Shown piece after piece: positions 31,369 through 42,822 of a stretch of 64,000 nucleotides of DNA. Source of the DNA: Giardia intestinalis (Eukaryota). Position numbers and translations under genes: made by a program. The stretch's first letter is position 1, and the number at the start of each line of letters is the position of its first letter. The stretch lies in NCBI GenBank assembly GCA_000002435.2, contig CM018789.1. The stretch is one strand, 5' to 3'. A model generated the notes under the pieces. That model saw nothing but the letters and a program-made list of their open reading frames with translations. It was not told where the DNA came from and did no database searches.

Positions 31369-32961
31369 CTGCCGCCCAGTAGCATGGCCGAGGCCGCGGG
31401 GTTGAGCGGACGACAGCACCAGAGCGCCCGGCTCGTCCAGGGCACTGCGAAGCGCCGCCCCTCGCAGGGGACACACTCCGACGCCAGGAGAACGAGGGCC
31501 GCGGGTGCAGTGGGCGCCTGATGAGGCGGCGGAAAAGCCGCGCCTCTCGTGCGAGCGCGTGAAGCACTCGTGGACGCGCTTCCGGTGCTTCAGGTCCGGC
31601 CCGGGCCTCAGGAGCCTACTGGAGACGGAGCACCCTACGCTGGAGTGGCACCAGGCGAACGTTGAACTAGTAGGAGCGGAAAAGCACGTGCCCGTCCTGC
31701 ATGAAGACCCCCCGCAGCGAGGCCGTCCAGACGCATGCAGCACAGACACCGGATGCAGGGCGTTACTGAGTGGAACAACGGGGATAGAGAAGGACATCCT
31801 CTTCAGCGCCCATTGTGCAAACATCCTCAGGGGAGGGTACCTACCACCCCGCAGAGCCCAGTCGAGGGCCGAGGAGACGTGCCCCCCACACAGCAGGGAA
31901 GTGGAGGGGCGGCATTCACCAGCCCACTGCCTCGCCTCGAGGGGGAGCTGCCCCCTAACGGTGCCACCGGCGACCAGCACCTTGCTATCCAGAGGGCCGG
32001 ATCAGGACGGCCTGGACCTGCGCTGGCGAGTCCATCCGGGTGCAGGCGTTCCGGGGCCCCTAAACAGGCCTTCAGCGAGATTATCAGCGCGACCCATAGA
32101 ATGGGACGCGTGCTCTGTACGGTTCCGTCTGGTCCTTCCTCAAGAATGAGACAGGGACAAGCACGATCAGCAGACGATCATGATTTGCTCCACAAGACAG
32201 TTCCAAGGAGCTGCGTCGAGGCCTTCCTCCGGCTGCGCCACGCTGCACCCCTGGGCTCGGTCCCTCAGGGCCCTGAGCATGCTTCTGTGCTGCGGGGGAT
32301 AGAACCTGCTCATCGGGAGCTGAAGGAGATACCTCGCTCATTGCCCATGCTGACGGCACACTCGTCTTCCATAGTGACGACAGTGACGTGGCGGGGGTAG
32401 TCACAGAGGCGACAGGCCTGGTGAAGCAACATGGCTCGACGGTCAACACTGGGTGTAGGAGCACTGAGGGGCAGGAGGCCTCCTTCCTGGCTGGTCTCAA
32501 GGAGCCCCCAGGGCAACGGAGAGCCGAAGCTAGTGATGGCACTAATCACTCGCCACGCTGGTCGAGATGGATTCATCATGCGACCCATATGAATCCCTCG
32601 ACAAGAAATAGGAGTTGGGGTGTTGGCTGACAGAGGCGGACTGATCCTGCCCGCACCGGAGAGTGGTGGTCTGGGCCACCTGCCGGGCATCTGCCGCAGC
32701 AGCTGAGTGATCCCTTGACACCCTCGAGTAGATGGGTGCCGGTTGTAGAGAGACGGCCTAACGGTGAACCGGTCTTAATCGCTCTTGGTGCCTCAGACGA
32801 CGCCTCTTAGAGAGGTGGCCCTGGACCGACGCCTCGACAGATCGACGCATCATCCCCAAGTGTGCTGTGCAGTGCGAGGATGGATGGAGCCCACATGTCA
32901 GCTGAGCCAGACGCACTGCACAGGGTGAGCGTCGATGTGATCTTATGCTGGGTGACGGAGC
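31369..32961. repeat. GC-rich direct repeat, copy 1 (about 1.59 kb)
   Basis: All ORF-track proteins in this copy are identical to those in copy 2 (37167..38758; offset 5797-5798 bp). GC is about 74% by sampling. The sequence is open in many frames on both strands. Diverged homology continues to about 33470. Confidence 0.9.
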
Positions 32962-34404
32962 ACCTCTGCGATCCATGAGCAGAGGGGTGGGCCGAGCAGG
33001 AAGGCAGACCAGGCCGGGTATCTCCTTCGCACCAACTGAGGGCTAACATAGGGGACCCATGAGGAACTGGGATTGACGCCCTGAAGCTCATGACGCACGC
33101 GATCTTCGTCATAGAGCACCAGCACCACAAGGCGGCCCTGGACTGCACGGCCGGGATCACTACGCCCAGGCCAGATCACCGCAACTGATAGCCGGGCCAT
33201 GAGGGCGGTGTTCACTAGGCGCCGGGCAGCAGCCGATCCCGCGGAGGTTGAGTGAAGGAAGGGAGAAGTCCCTAGAAGGCGCTGCGAAGCACAGCAGCTC
33301 TCAAGGGAGAGGTGACATAGAACTTCCTCTTCCCCTCCAAAATAGGACGACATTCGAATCTCGATTTCTGGACTCTGGATTCTGGATTTGGAGTGGTGAG
33401 CGAGCTCTGGATCCACTACCCACTTGGCGGGGCTCGTACGGGTGCACGAGCTACTCGGGCAGCGGTTGCCTCGGCGAGACAGAGAGTAAACCCCCCTGTC
33501 GACACAGGAGACACCAGCATGGCAGGCATGAGCTGGCGCCCTCGCGGTGCTGCATGGAGGGGTTGAGAGGAGTGCCGCAAGTCCTCTGTGCCATGGGAAG
33601 GTAAGGATAGGAGTGAACGCACTGCACTCATGTGTGCCTCTAGGAAGTGTGCCTATGTAAAGGCCCGCCAAGAACAGAAGGAGCAAGGAAAACCCTAATC
33701 CGTGTGCATGTGGCGGTCCAGACTGTTCTCTGATATACGCGTAGAGCATCTCCATAGGATATATATTATGATAACTTATTGTATGAACAGGCTGCATTGC
33801 ACTAGGTCTCTATGTGCGCAGGTGCCTTCACTGCATCCCACAGTAACCATTCACTCGCCTATAACGGCCTTTCTAGGCGCAGTGCTCTGTGCTACTCCCT
33901 ATCCAAGCATCTGTAGCTTTTTACCACGTAGTGTGAACAAAGCTGTCTAACACTGGCCAGGGGATGCTATATTGCTTCTGCATGAAGCTTACCTAGCACA
34001 GAACTTGCAAGACGTACGACCGCCCTTTAATGCTCTAGTGCTATATGGCTCTGACTTTTTCAAAGTGGCATCTACACCTTTATCCAGTGAGGTCTTTGCA
34101 TTAGACAGGCAGATCAACGGCTTTTTGGCTGCAGCCTCTTTCTGAAGGAGTCAGTGTATGAGGAGGTGCACACTAGTTATTCAAGAATGAAAGCAGTGTC
34201 ATTGCGGTCTCTCCTTAACGACGCCGAGGGCTCTGATGCTGAACAGAAACTCCGGGTATTCATTAATAGTTTTCACATTCCTCACCCTCTCTATAAGGAG
34301 CCCTGCACGCCCTGACTTGGCGTCATGCGCCACCCCATATCAGTGCAGGTCAATACACCAAATAGCGCCACAATAGTTCACTGATGAGGGATATATGAAG
34401 CCCA

Positions 34405-36171
34405 TCACTCGTATTCGGACAGAAGATCTGCGATGGAGGAGCGGCCGCAGCTCACGGCTATCATTCGCGCTGTCATATCCTTGTTGTCCTTCATACCCTT
34501 CTCGTGCTCCAGTAGAAGCTTCACTATATCTGCGTGTCCATGCATAGCAGAATGCATGAGGGCCGTCCTGCCTTTATTGTCCTTCATGCCCTTCTCATGC
34601 TCCAGCAGCAGCTCCGCTACATCTGTATGGCCACCTATAGCAGCACACATGAGGGCCGTCCTACCCATACTATTTGCCACACCCCCCTCGTGTTTCAGCA
34701 GCAGCTTCACTATATCTGCGTGGCTACCTATAGCAGCATGCATAAGGGCTGTCATGCCATCCTTCTCCTTCATGCCCCTCTCGTGCTCCAGCAGCAGCTT
34801 CACTATATCCGCATGGCCACCTATAGCAGCACACATGAGGGCCGTCCTACCCATACTATTTGCCACACCCTTCTCATGCTCCAGTAGAAGCTCCGCTACA
34901 TCTGTATGGCCATGCATGGCAGCACACATGAGAGCTGTCATGCCATCATTATCCTTCATACCATTTTCCTCCCTGGCAAGGAGCTTCGCGCACTCTGCGT
35001 TGTTACCATATGCTGCATTCATAAGAGCTGTCCACCCTTTATTATTTCGCATGCCGCCTTCCTCCTTCAGTAGGAGCCTAACGCACTCTGGATGGCCATT
35101 GCGCGCCGCCCACATGAGGGCAGTCTGATGACCATTATTCTTTATGCCAGTCTCCTGCTCGAGCAGCTCTACGATCGCTTCGTATCCTCGTGCTGCGGCA
35201 TACATAAGCGCTGTCCATCCACTAGCATCCTGGTTCCCCTTCATATGAAGGTTGTTTCTGACTGCGTCAATATCGCCACGGTAAGCGGCGTATATGAGCT
35301 CCGTCCACCCTGAGATATTTCTCTCATACTCCATCAGAAGCTCAACGCACTTAGGATAGTCCACCGGGGGGTCATTGGAACGAATACCAGAGCGGCCGCA
35401 CTGCGCCGCGAGTATGAGAGCAGGCCAGCCAACTCCTCTCACGCCTCCCTCATGCTTCACTAACAGTTCTACCATTTCTGCGTGTCCATGTGCCGCTGCT
35501 CTCATTAAAGCCGTGCCTTGGCGTACTTCCAGCTCACCTACTTTAACAGCTCCCTTTGCCATCCTTGCTTTTTGGAAGGGAATAAGGAGCTCCACCATCT
35601 CTACGTCATTCCTATCGGTGGCCCTCATAAGCGCAGTAGTTCCATTCCTACTCACCAGGTCGTCATGCTTCATAATGATCCTTGCGACCTCCAGGTTTCC
35701 ATTTTTAAGGGCATGATACAAGGCGTCGTGATTCTGCCTGTCCTTCGCTCTCGCTTCGTACTTCACCAGCACTCTCGCTACCTCTGCGTGACCGTGTTTA
35801 GCAGCCCACATAAGAGCCGTCATGCCACCGTTGTCCTTGCTTCCTGCTTCGTGTTCCGCCAGCACCTTCACCGCTTCTATATGTCCCCTCTCAGCAGCCC
35901 AAATAAGGGCACTTTTACCGTTGTGGTCTTTCTCTCTACACTCGTCAAGGTGCTTCCTGATTTCATCCACGTCATTAAGAGCAGCCGCGCGAATGAGGTT
36001 AGTCCAATTAGATGTTTCCCTTATATGCTCCACGACCATCCTCAGTGCGCCCATATGGCCTCCGGCGTCCTGCAGGAGTTCAGCCCCACCACGAGGGAGA
36101 GGACCCCTCACAACAGGCCCAACACAAGCCTCGATGTTGCTACGCATGTCATCAAACCTGGCCAACGACAT
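34405..36171 (-). CDS. Ankyrin-repeat protein (Protein 21.1-like)
   Basis: There are more than 12 consecutive 33-aa ankyrin repeats (G-TALM-AA--GH-D-V-LLLEHE-G). The track start at 36213 is TTG. The first ATG (MSLARFDDM, about 36171) is preceded by aattaaaacaaaaa. Confidence 0.85.
   Translation of the reverse strand: MSLARFDDMRSNIEACVGPVVRGPLPRGGAELLQDAGGHMGALRMVVEHIRETSNWTNLIRAAALNDVDEIRKHLDECREKDHNGKSALIWAAERGHIEAVKVLAEHEAGSKDNGGMTALMWAAKHGHAEVARVLVKYEARAKDRQNHDALYHALKNGNLEVARIIMKHDDLVSRNGTTALMRATDRNDVEMVELLIPFQKARMAKGAVKVGELEVRQGTALMRAAAHGHAEMVELLVKHEGGVRGVGWPALILAAQCGRSGIRSNDPPVDYPKCVELLMEYERNISGWTELIYAAYRGDIDAVRNNLHMKGNQDASGWTALMYAAARGYEAIVELLEQETGIKNNGHQTALMWAARNGHPECVRLLLKEEGGMRNNKGWTALMNAAYGNNAECAKLLAREENGMKDNDGMTALMCAAMHGHTDVAELLLEHEKGVANSMGRTALMCAAIGGHADIVKLLLEHERGMKEKDGMTALMHAAIGSHADIVKLLLKHEGGVANSMGRTALMCAAIGGHTDVAELLLEHEKGMKDNKGRTALMHSAMHGHADIVKLLLEHEKGMKDNKDMTARMIAVSCGRSSIADLLSEYE
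34440..35130. repeat. Internal tandem array of near-identical ankyrin-repeat coding units (period about 99/198 bp)
   Basis: Adjacent repeats are almost identical at protein level (VANSMGRTALMCAAIGGH(A/T)D(I/V)..LLLEHE(R/K)GMK...). The antisense ORFs 34433..35128 and 34534..34887 are also internally repetitive. Confidence 0.6.
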
Positions 36172-37166
36172 TTTTTGTTTTAATTGCTGTAAACAAAATG
36201 CGTGTGACGGCAATTATTTTTTGATTTATGCTGTCCTATCTGTAGTTCATCGCAATTACGTGAGGTACTCTCTTGGATAGCTTGTGCATTTTTTATTTTG
36301 TGTAATAATCATCTAATGTATAGTGTTCAGTACACATATGGCTTCAGGCCGTAGCCTCGAGGACACTATGGATTATAGTGCTCTGAGTGACTGGGTATGC
36401 TGCACAAGCGGTGTAAAGCAGAGCAGTTAATAAAGTCTGAAGTTTAAGCAAATCTTCCCTCACAAAATTGCGGTGTACATCTATAATCTACCGCACTCTA
36501 AATCGTAGGTACTCATGGATCCGTATTCATTCAGCAGAATGTCGTGCTGATGTAAAGTACTCACTCGGTATGTGAGTAAGAGCTTTACTCCCAGTCGTGC
36601 CTCCTGTGCTTTGCTGTCATTGTGAGAAGTCTTTGGATCAGCGGTCATATATGCATAGGCCTACCAATATTCGAGAAGAGTCAGATACTTACGTCTTTTC
36701 CTACACAATCTTACATTCCAATTCACTTTCCGTTTCATCGAGGCTGGTCTGCTACCTGCCGGCCGAGCAATTCGTACCCCGCGCAAGTCCTCCTCCCCGC
36801 GGCAAGTGAACCCCGCCCGTTCGCCGCCCCAAGCCCAGAGTCCGGGACTCGGGCCAGAATATCGGCTGAGTCCGGGGGAGAAGAGCCCGACGGGCAACAC
36901 CCCGCGGCTGTCCTGGCAGGGAGCCCCTGGTACCATCCGACAGGACGGGCGCATGACGGCAGAGCCCAGTGTCCAGTCCCTGGGAAGCCGCCCGGCCCGA
37001 CGGACCAAGCAATGAGCGCACGGGCTGGCTGAGCGCCGGAGCCCACTCACGGGGGGCCCTCGGGGACCTCCTACGCCATCCACAAGGCGGAGAGCTACTG
37101 CGGCCCCTTCTGCGCCTCCCGCCCGACGCCCTTCGGCTCCCTACGGCGAGCCCGATCGGATATCTC

Positions 37167-38758
37167 TGCCGCCCAGTAGCATGGCCGAGGCCGCGGGGTT
37201 GAGCGGACGACAGCACCAGAGCGCCCGGCTCGTCCAGGGCACTGCGAAGCGCCGCCCCTCGCAGGGGACACACTCCGACGCCAGGAGAACGAGGGCCGCG
37301 GGTGCAGTGGGCGCCTGATGAGGCGGCGGAAAAGCCGCGCCTCTCGTGCGAGCGCGTGAAGCACTCGTGGACGCGCTTCCGGTGCTTCAGGTCCGGCCCG
37401 GGCCTCAGGAGCCTACTGGAGACGGAGCACCCTACGCTGGAGTGGCACCAGGCGAACGTTGAACTAGTAGGAGCGGAAAAGCACGTGCCCGTCCTGCATG
37501 AAGACCCCCCGCAGCGAGGCCGTCCAGACGCATGCAGCACAGACACCGGATGCAGGGCGTTACTGAGTGGAACAACGGGGATAGAGAAGGACATCCTCTT
37601 CAGCGCCCATTGTGCAAACATCCTCAGGGGAGGGTACCTACCACCCCGCAGAGCCCAGTCGAGGGCCGAGGAGACGTGCCCCCCACACAGCAGGGAAGTG
37701 GAGGGGCGGCATTCACCAGCCCACTGCCTCGCCTCGAGGGGGAGCTGCCCCCTAACGGTGCCACCGGCGACCAGCACCTTGCTATCCAGAGGGCCGGATC
37801 AGGACGGCCTGGACCTGCGCTGGCGAGTCCATCCGGGTGCAGGCGTTCCGGGGCCCCTAAACAGGCCTTCAGCGAGATTATCAGCGCGACCCATAGAATG
37901 GGACGCGTGCTCTGTACGGTTCCGTCTGGTCCTTCCTCAAGAATGAGACAGGGACAAGCACGATCAGCAGACGATCATGATTTGCTCCACAAGACAGTTC
38001 CAAGGAGCTGCGTCGAGGCCTTCCTCCGGCTGCGCCACGCTGCACCCCTGGGCTCGGTCCCTCAGGGCCCTGAGCATGCTTCTGTGCTGCGGGGGATAGA
38101 ACCTGCTCATCGGGAGCTGAAGGAGATACCTCGCTCATTGCCCATGCTGACGGCACACTCGTCTTCCATAGTGACGACAGTGACGTGGCGGGGGTAGTCA
38201 CAGAGGCGACAGGCCTGGTGAAGCAACATGGCTCGACGGTCAACACTGGGTGTAGGAGCACTGAGGGGCAGGAGGCCTCCTTCCTGGCTGGTCTCAAGGA
38301 GCCCCCAGGGCAACGGAGAGCCGAAGCTAGTGATGGCACTAATCACTCGCCACGCTGGTCGAGATGGATTCATCATGCGACCCATATGAATCCCTCGACA
38401 AGAAATAGGAGTTGGGGTGTTGGCTGACAGAGGCGGACTGATCCTGCCCGCACCGGAGAGTGGTGGTCTGGGCCACCTGCCGGGCATCTGCCGCAGCAGC
38501 TGAGTGATCCCTTGACACCCTCGAGTAGATGGGTGCCGGTTGTAGAGAGACGGCCTAACGGTGAACCGGTCTTAATCGCTCTTGGTGCCTCAGACGACGC
38601 CTCTTAGAGAGGTGGCCCTGGACCGACGCCTCGACAGATCGACGCATCATCCCCAAGTGTGCTGTGCAGTGCGAGGATGGATGGAGCCCACATGTCAGCT
38701 GAGCCAGACGCACTGCACAGGGTGAGCGTCGATGTGATCTTATGCTGGGTGACGGACC
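37167..38758. repeat. GC-rich direct repeat, copy 2
   Basis: This copy is identical to 31369..32961. It extends further left as GC-rich sequence (36745..37166) that copy 1 lacks. Its diverged right flank runs to about 39260. Confidence 0.9.
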
Positions 38759-39373
38759 AGCTGCAAGAGTGCACTGTGATTCATGAATAGGAGGGCAAAC
38801 CAGAAGCCAGACCTCTCCTCCAACGCCAACGCATGGGAGTACTCCGCCGGCATCCACGAATGCGTACTATGATTCCAAGATAGAGGCGCACAGGGAGCGC
38901 ACCCCCGACAGCAGGGTCGATGGTCCACGTCATAGGGAGACGAAGAGGCACCTCGAGGAACGGGGTAGACACCCGGGGTCATAGCGTATCCCATCTTCGT
39001 CATGGAACACCAGGGTCCCGGGCCACGTGGAGACCAGATCGCCGCGACTGACGCAAGGCCCGAGACAACGGGTGCCCACTAGATATCAGACGATGGTTGA
39101 CTCCGACGGGCCAGAGGAAGGGAGGAACCCTAGAGGTAACGTGAGGAGCAACGGCTTCCGGGGGACGGGGCACAGAGTCTTCTCCTGTCGGGATCGAGGG
39201 CATCTGACTCTCGAACTCTGGATTTGGATCCCAGGCGGCGAGTGGGAGGCCTACCCAAGGCGGCGGTGGCTCGCATGGGAGATCACTCAGACAGCAGGTG
39301 ACAGCCCCATCTCAGACTTAGACTAACCAACTATTTTAAATTAAATTCTGCTTTTAAAGAGAGCCTGCCTGCG

Positions 39374-39757
39374 ATGCAGTTGATAGTTAGATCTCTTGAC
39401 CGCACGGTGGCGCTCACAGCAAGTCCCGCAGACAGCCTGACCAGCATTAGACAGCGCCTGCTTGCCGTGTACTCTGGGCATGTCGTCGATAGCCAGCGCT
39501 TTGTCTTTGCAGGCCGCACTCTGGATGAGGCGAAGACCCTTGGGGATTATTCTATTGGTGAGTCGTCTGTGCTGGACCTTGTTCCCCGTCTTTTCGGAGG
39601 TGTCATGGAGCCCACGCTTATCAACCTAGCCCGCGAGTACAATCAGAACATGATGATCTGCCGCCACTGCTATGCCAGGAACCCGCTCCGCGCAACTAAC
39701 TGCCGCCGCTGCCGCGGAACGAATCTCCGCAAGAAGAAGCTCTCGAAGTATGCATAA
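39374..39757 (+). CDS. Divergent ubiquitin-like domain fused to 60S ribosomal protein L40e
   Basis: The N-terminal 76 aa align to ubiquitin (MQLIVRSL...RFVFAGRTLDEAKTLGDYSIGESSVLDLVPRLFGG). The C-terminal 51 aa match L40e (MICRHCYARNPLRATNCRRCRGTNLRKKKL). The AT-rich leader tattttaaattaaatt is present. Confidence 0.85.
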   Translation: MQLIVRSLDRTVALTASPADSLTSIRQRLLAVYSGHVVDSQRFVFAGRTLDEAKTLGDYSIGESSVLDLVPRLFGGVMEPTLINLAREYNQNMMICRHCYARNPLRATNCRRCRGTNLRKKKLSKYA

Positions 39758-39901
39758 GGCGTTACACCTCTTTTGCTTTCTCTTACACTGTGGCCGCTAC
39801 AGTATCCCTCTGGATCTCGCCACGTGTGGTTCTGTGGAGTAAATAATCAGGTGCAGCTTCTAGAGCGTTATCATCTCGATTGCAGAATTTCAAAAAAGAT
39901 T

Positions 39902-41539
39902 ATGGCGGAGGCGACGACGTCTGCACACGAGAGTAAGAGCAGCTCGTCGCACAAATATAAATTTGTGTCAAAGAAGGGTGCCGGAGCATTCTCAGATGTT
40001 ATCAAAGCACAATGTGTGAAGACAGAAGAGTACGTTGCCATCAAGCGCATGAAGGCGACGTTCAAGTCCATTGAGCAAATCACAAGTTTACGGGAAATTC
40101 AATCTCTACGTCGGCTGGCAGACCAACCGTTCATTATACGTCTGATAGAAATTCTCTTTGATAGAACCACCGGACGGCTCGCCCTGGTTTTTGAGCTGAT
40201 GGAAATGAACCTCTATGAACTTATTAAGAATAGAAAATATCACCTTCCAGAGTCTAGTATTAAGTGGTATATGTGGCAACTTCTTCACGCAGTACGCATT
40301 GCACATGCGTCAGGCACTTTTCATCGTGACATCAAGCCAGAGAACATACTTTTGGATGACAAGGACAATCTAAAGCTTTCTGACTTTGGCTCCTGCCGCG
40401 GAATTCACACCCAGTTACCCTATACAGAGTACATATCTACCAGGTGGTACCGCTCCCCAGAGTGTTTGCTTACGGACGGTGTCTATGGACCTGAGATGGA
40501 TCTCTTTGGTGTTGGCTGCGTGATGTTTGAAATAACTGCTCTTTTCCCATTGTTTCCAGGGAAGGATGAGTTGGACCAGATCACTCGTATACACGCCATC
40601 CTTGGGACCCCTCCCAAGGAGCTGATTCAGCGAATTCGCAAGGGTGCAAAGAATAACCCAATAAAGGGGGACTTTCCACCACAGAAAGGCTCTGGATTGG
40701 CAAAGCTTATCCCGCACGCTAGTTCGACAGCCATCGATTTGATGCTTAAGCTCATGGAGTATGATCCGCAGAAGCGCATCACCGCCGAGGAGGCGCTGCG
40801 ACACCCGTTTTTTAAAGATATAGGTGAAATAGTAAGGCTCAAGGCACCTACAATGCCCGCTGGATGCTTGGAAAAGCTTGGGTTCACTCTGGATGGCAGG
40901 GGGGCAGATGCAGAGGATGGCACAGGTGCTCGGAAAGCCACAAGGGAGAGACACGGAGACACTGTTGAGGGTACGCCCACCCCCGGGGACTTGGCTGTCA
41001 CCGAAGAGACCCGGTCTCGACAAGTTGCCAAGCGGCCGCAAAAGACGCCACCCGGAGCCAAGCGAATCGGCCCTTCAGGGGTGCTGCAAGCCGGTCAAGG
41101 GGGAACCAACGGCTTGCTTGTTAGTATGGGCAGTCTAACTCAGACAAATCATCCACCAAAACTGTCAGACTCTAAATCTACCGATAATGTTCTACCACAT
41201 AAGCACTTCCAAGCCTCCGAGCAAGAAGGAAGTGTTCCAAAACTTCCCACGCTCACCAGAACGCCTCCAGCCCGAACAAACCACGGATTAACCAACGTAG
41301 TTCTCCAAGGAAGCAATAGCGCCCAGACCAAGCTGGGGCCGCAGACCAAACAACAGCTGATCTTTACTAAGCAAACGCACGGAGGAAAGGGTAAGACAAG
41401 CACATCCGTATCTCCGGGTTTGGAGCAGAACAACCTCCCCGTTCTGGGGGCAAAGAACTACACTGTCACAACGCAAAGACCATACCAAAATAAGATTGGC
41501 GTTAGCTCTCCGTATCGGGATCACGTCAAGCGCAAGTAA
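39902..41539 (+). CDS. MOK: CMGC protein kinase of the RCK family, closest to MOK (TEY activation-loop motif), with a long low-complexity C-terminal tail
   Basis: Matching blocks: VAIKRMKATFKSIEQITSLREIQSLRRL, LALVFELMEMNLYELIKNRKY, FHRDIKPENILL, DFGSCRGIHTQLPYTEYISTRWYRSPECLL, LFPGKDELDQITRIHAILGTP. The track ORF 39773 starts upstream at non-ATG codons; the first ATG is at 39902 (MAEATTS). Confidence 0.85.
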   Translation: MAEATTSAHESKSSSSHKYKFVSKKGAGAFSDVIKAQCVKTEEYVAIKRMKATFKSIEQITSLREIQSLRRLADQPFIIRLIEILFDRTTGRLALVFELMEMNLYELIKNRKYHLPESSIKWYMWQLLHAVRIAHASGTFHRDIKPENILLDDKDNLKLSDFGSCRGIHTQLPYTEYISTRWYRSPECLLTDGVYGPEMDLFGVGCVMFEITALFPLFPGKDELDQITRIHAILGTPPKELIQRIRKGAKNNPIKGDFPPQKGSGLAKLIPHASSTAIDLMLKLMEYDPQKRITAEEALRHPFFKDIGEIVRLKAPTMPAGCLEKLGFTLDGRGADAEDGTGARKATRERHGDTVEGTPTPGDLAVTEETRSRQVAKRPQKTPPGAKRIGPSGVLQAGQGGTNGLLVSMGSLTQTNHPPKLSDSKSTDNVLPHKHFQASEQEGSVPKLPTLTRTPPARTNHGLTNVVLQGSNSAQTKLGPQTKQQLIFTKQTHGGKGKTSTSVSPGLEQNNLPVLGAKNYTVTTQRPYQNKIGVSSPYRDHVKRK

Positions 41540-41607
41540 ATACCAATGTTCCTGCAAGTTCCAGAGGACCCCAGAGCGATCGCGCTTGGAGTACCAGCAA
41601 TCAAAAA

Positions 41608-42822
41608 ATGAGCGGGAGACCGATTATAGCACTGACTTTGGACATTGAAAAGACGTACCGGGGCATACACGGACTAACAAGCAAGCTACGCACTGGCGTG
41701 AACCAACCACAAATGGCTTCCATGAGGCCCCAGACAGACGACAGAGGGTACCTTATCGTCCGGATCAACGACTGCTTTAACGGTAGATACTGTGCTGAAC
41801 GGCCCCTTGGACAGGGCTCATTTGGTAGAGTGGTGCTGGCAAAAGACACCGTGAATAACGCATATGTTGCCATTAAAATCATGAAAGCCGGGAAGCTGTT
41901 CACGCATAAAGGAAGAGAAGAAGCAGAAATAATGAGCCTACTCTCTGATGAAGATCCACCTATCTCGTGCAAGTTCATAGAGTCCTTTATGCAAGGAAAT
42001 CATTACTGCATAGTTATGGAGGCATTAGGGTCCAATTTATATCATCTCCTCAAGAGCACAAAGATGCAGGGATTCCCTCTCCAGACGATACGTGTCTGGG
42101 CGCGGAAGTACTTGACGTCGTTCAAGAAACTCCAGCACGAAAGCATACGGATTATCCACACAGATTGCAAACCAGAAAACACCTTGATACCGTTCAACAA
42201 TACCTGTGTGGAGGACATTCGCATAGTGGACTTCGGATCCGCTGTCCGGTATCCCGAAGGCCAGATGTTCTTGTACATTCAGTCACGCTACTATCGTGCA
42301 CCAGAAGTCCTTCTGCTCCAGCCATACGACTACCAAATAGATATATGGAGCATTGCAGCGATACTCTTCGAGATGCACACGGGGAAGGTGCTCTTCCCGG
42401 CAAAATCTTCGGAAATTTTGTGTTACATGATGGTAGACATACTGGGCTATCCTCCAAAAGAGATGATCATGGACGAAGAGCAGAAACAGATAAGTAACAG
42501 TCTTAAGAGATACTTCAAAATGCGGAAGCAAGAAGACGCGGAGCTGTTCCATCTAAATGAAAACGCCTTCCCGCACCAGGTAGTGCCTGACAGCTACCTT
42601 TTAAACAAGAGCGTTATTGAAATGGCAGAAGCCCAGAAAGAACGGATATTTGGGAGACCCCTTCGTGAGCTCATTCGAAATCCCGTTATGACTCAGTATG
42701 AAGGACACACCAGTGCAGACTACGAGGAATTTGAAGAGTTTTTGTCGAAGATCTTAGTATATGACCCGAAGAGGCGGTGGACAATAGACGAAGCCCTAAA
42801 CTCGCGGTTTCTCAGTCACTAA
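41608..42822 (+). CDS. DYRK-like CMGC protein kinase
   Basis: Matching blocks: VAIKIMK, IIHTDCKPENTLI, DFGSA, YIQSRYYRAPEVLLLQPYDYQIDIWSIAAILFEMHTG. Confidence 0.8.
   Translation: MSGRPIIALTLDIEKTYRGIHGLTSKLRTGVNQPQMASMRPQTDDRGYLIVRINDCFNGRYCAERPLGQGSFGRVVLAKDTVNNAYVAIKIMKAGKLFTHKGREEAEIMSLLSDEDPPISCKFIESFMQGNHYCIVMEALGSNLYHLLKSTKMQGFPLQTIRVWARKYLTSFKKLQHESIRIIHTDCKPENTLIPFNNTCVEDIRIVDFGSAVRYPEGQMFLYIQSRYYRAPEVLLLQPYDYQIDIWSIAAILFEMHTGKVLFPAKSSEILCYMMVDILGYPPKEMIMDEEQKQISNSLKRYFKMRKQEDAELFHLNENAFPHQVVPDSYLLNKSVIEMAEAQKERIFGRPLRELIRNPVMTQYEGHTSADYEEFEEFLSKILVYDPKRRWTIDEALNSRFLSH

Noticed and set aside
31369-38758. Hypothesis that the GC-rich direct repeats or palindrome spacer are rDNA or rDNA spacer copies
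   Set aside because: No universally conserved rRNA motifs (530-loop, SSU 3' end, sarcin-ricin loop) were found by eye. Only a chance-level near-match (ctacgagagatgagg) was seen. This cannot be fully excluded without a search.
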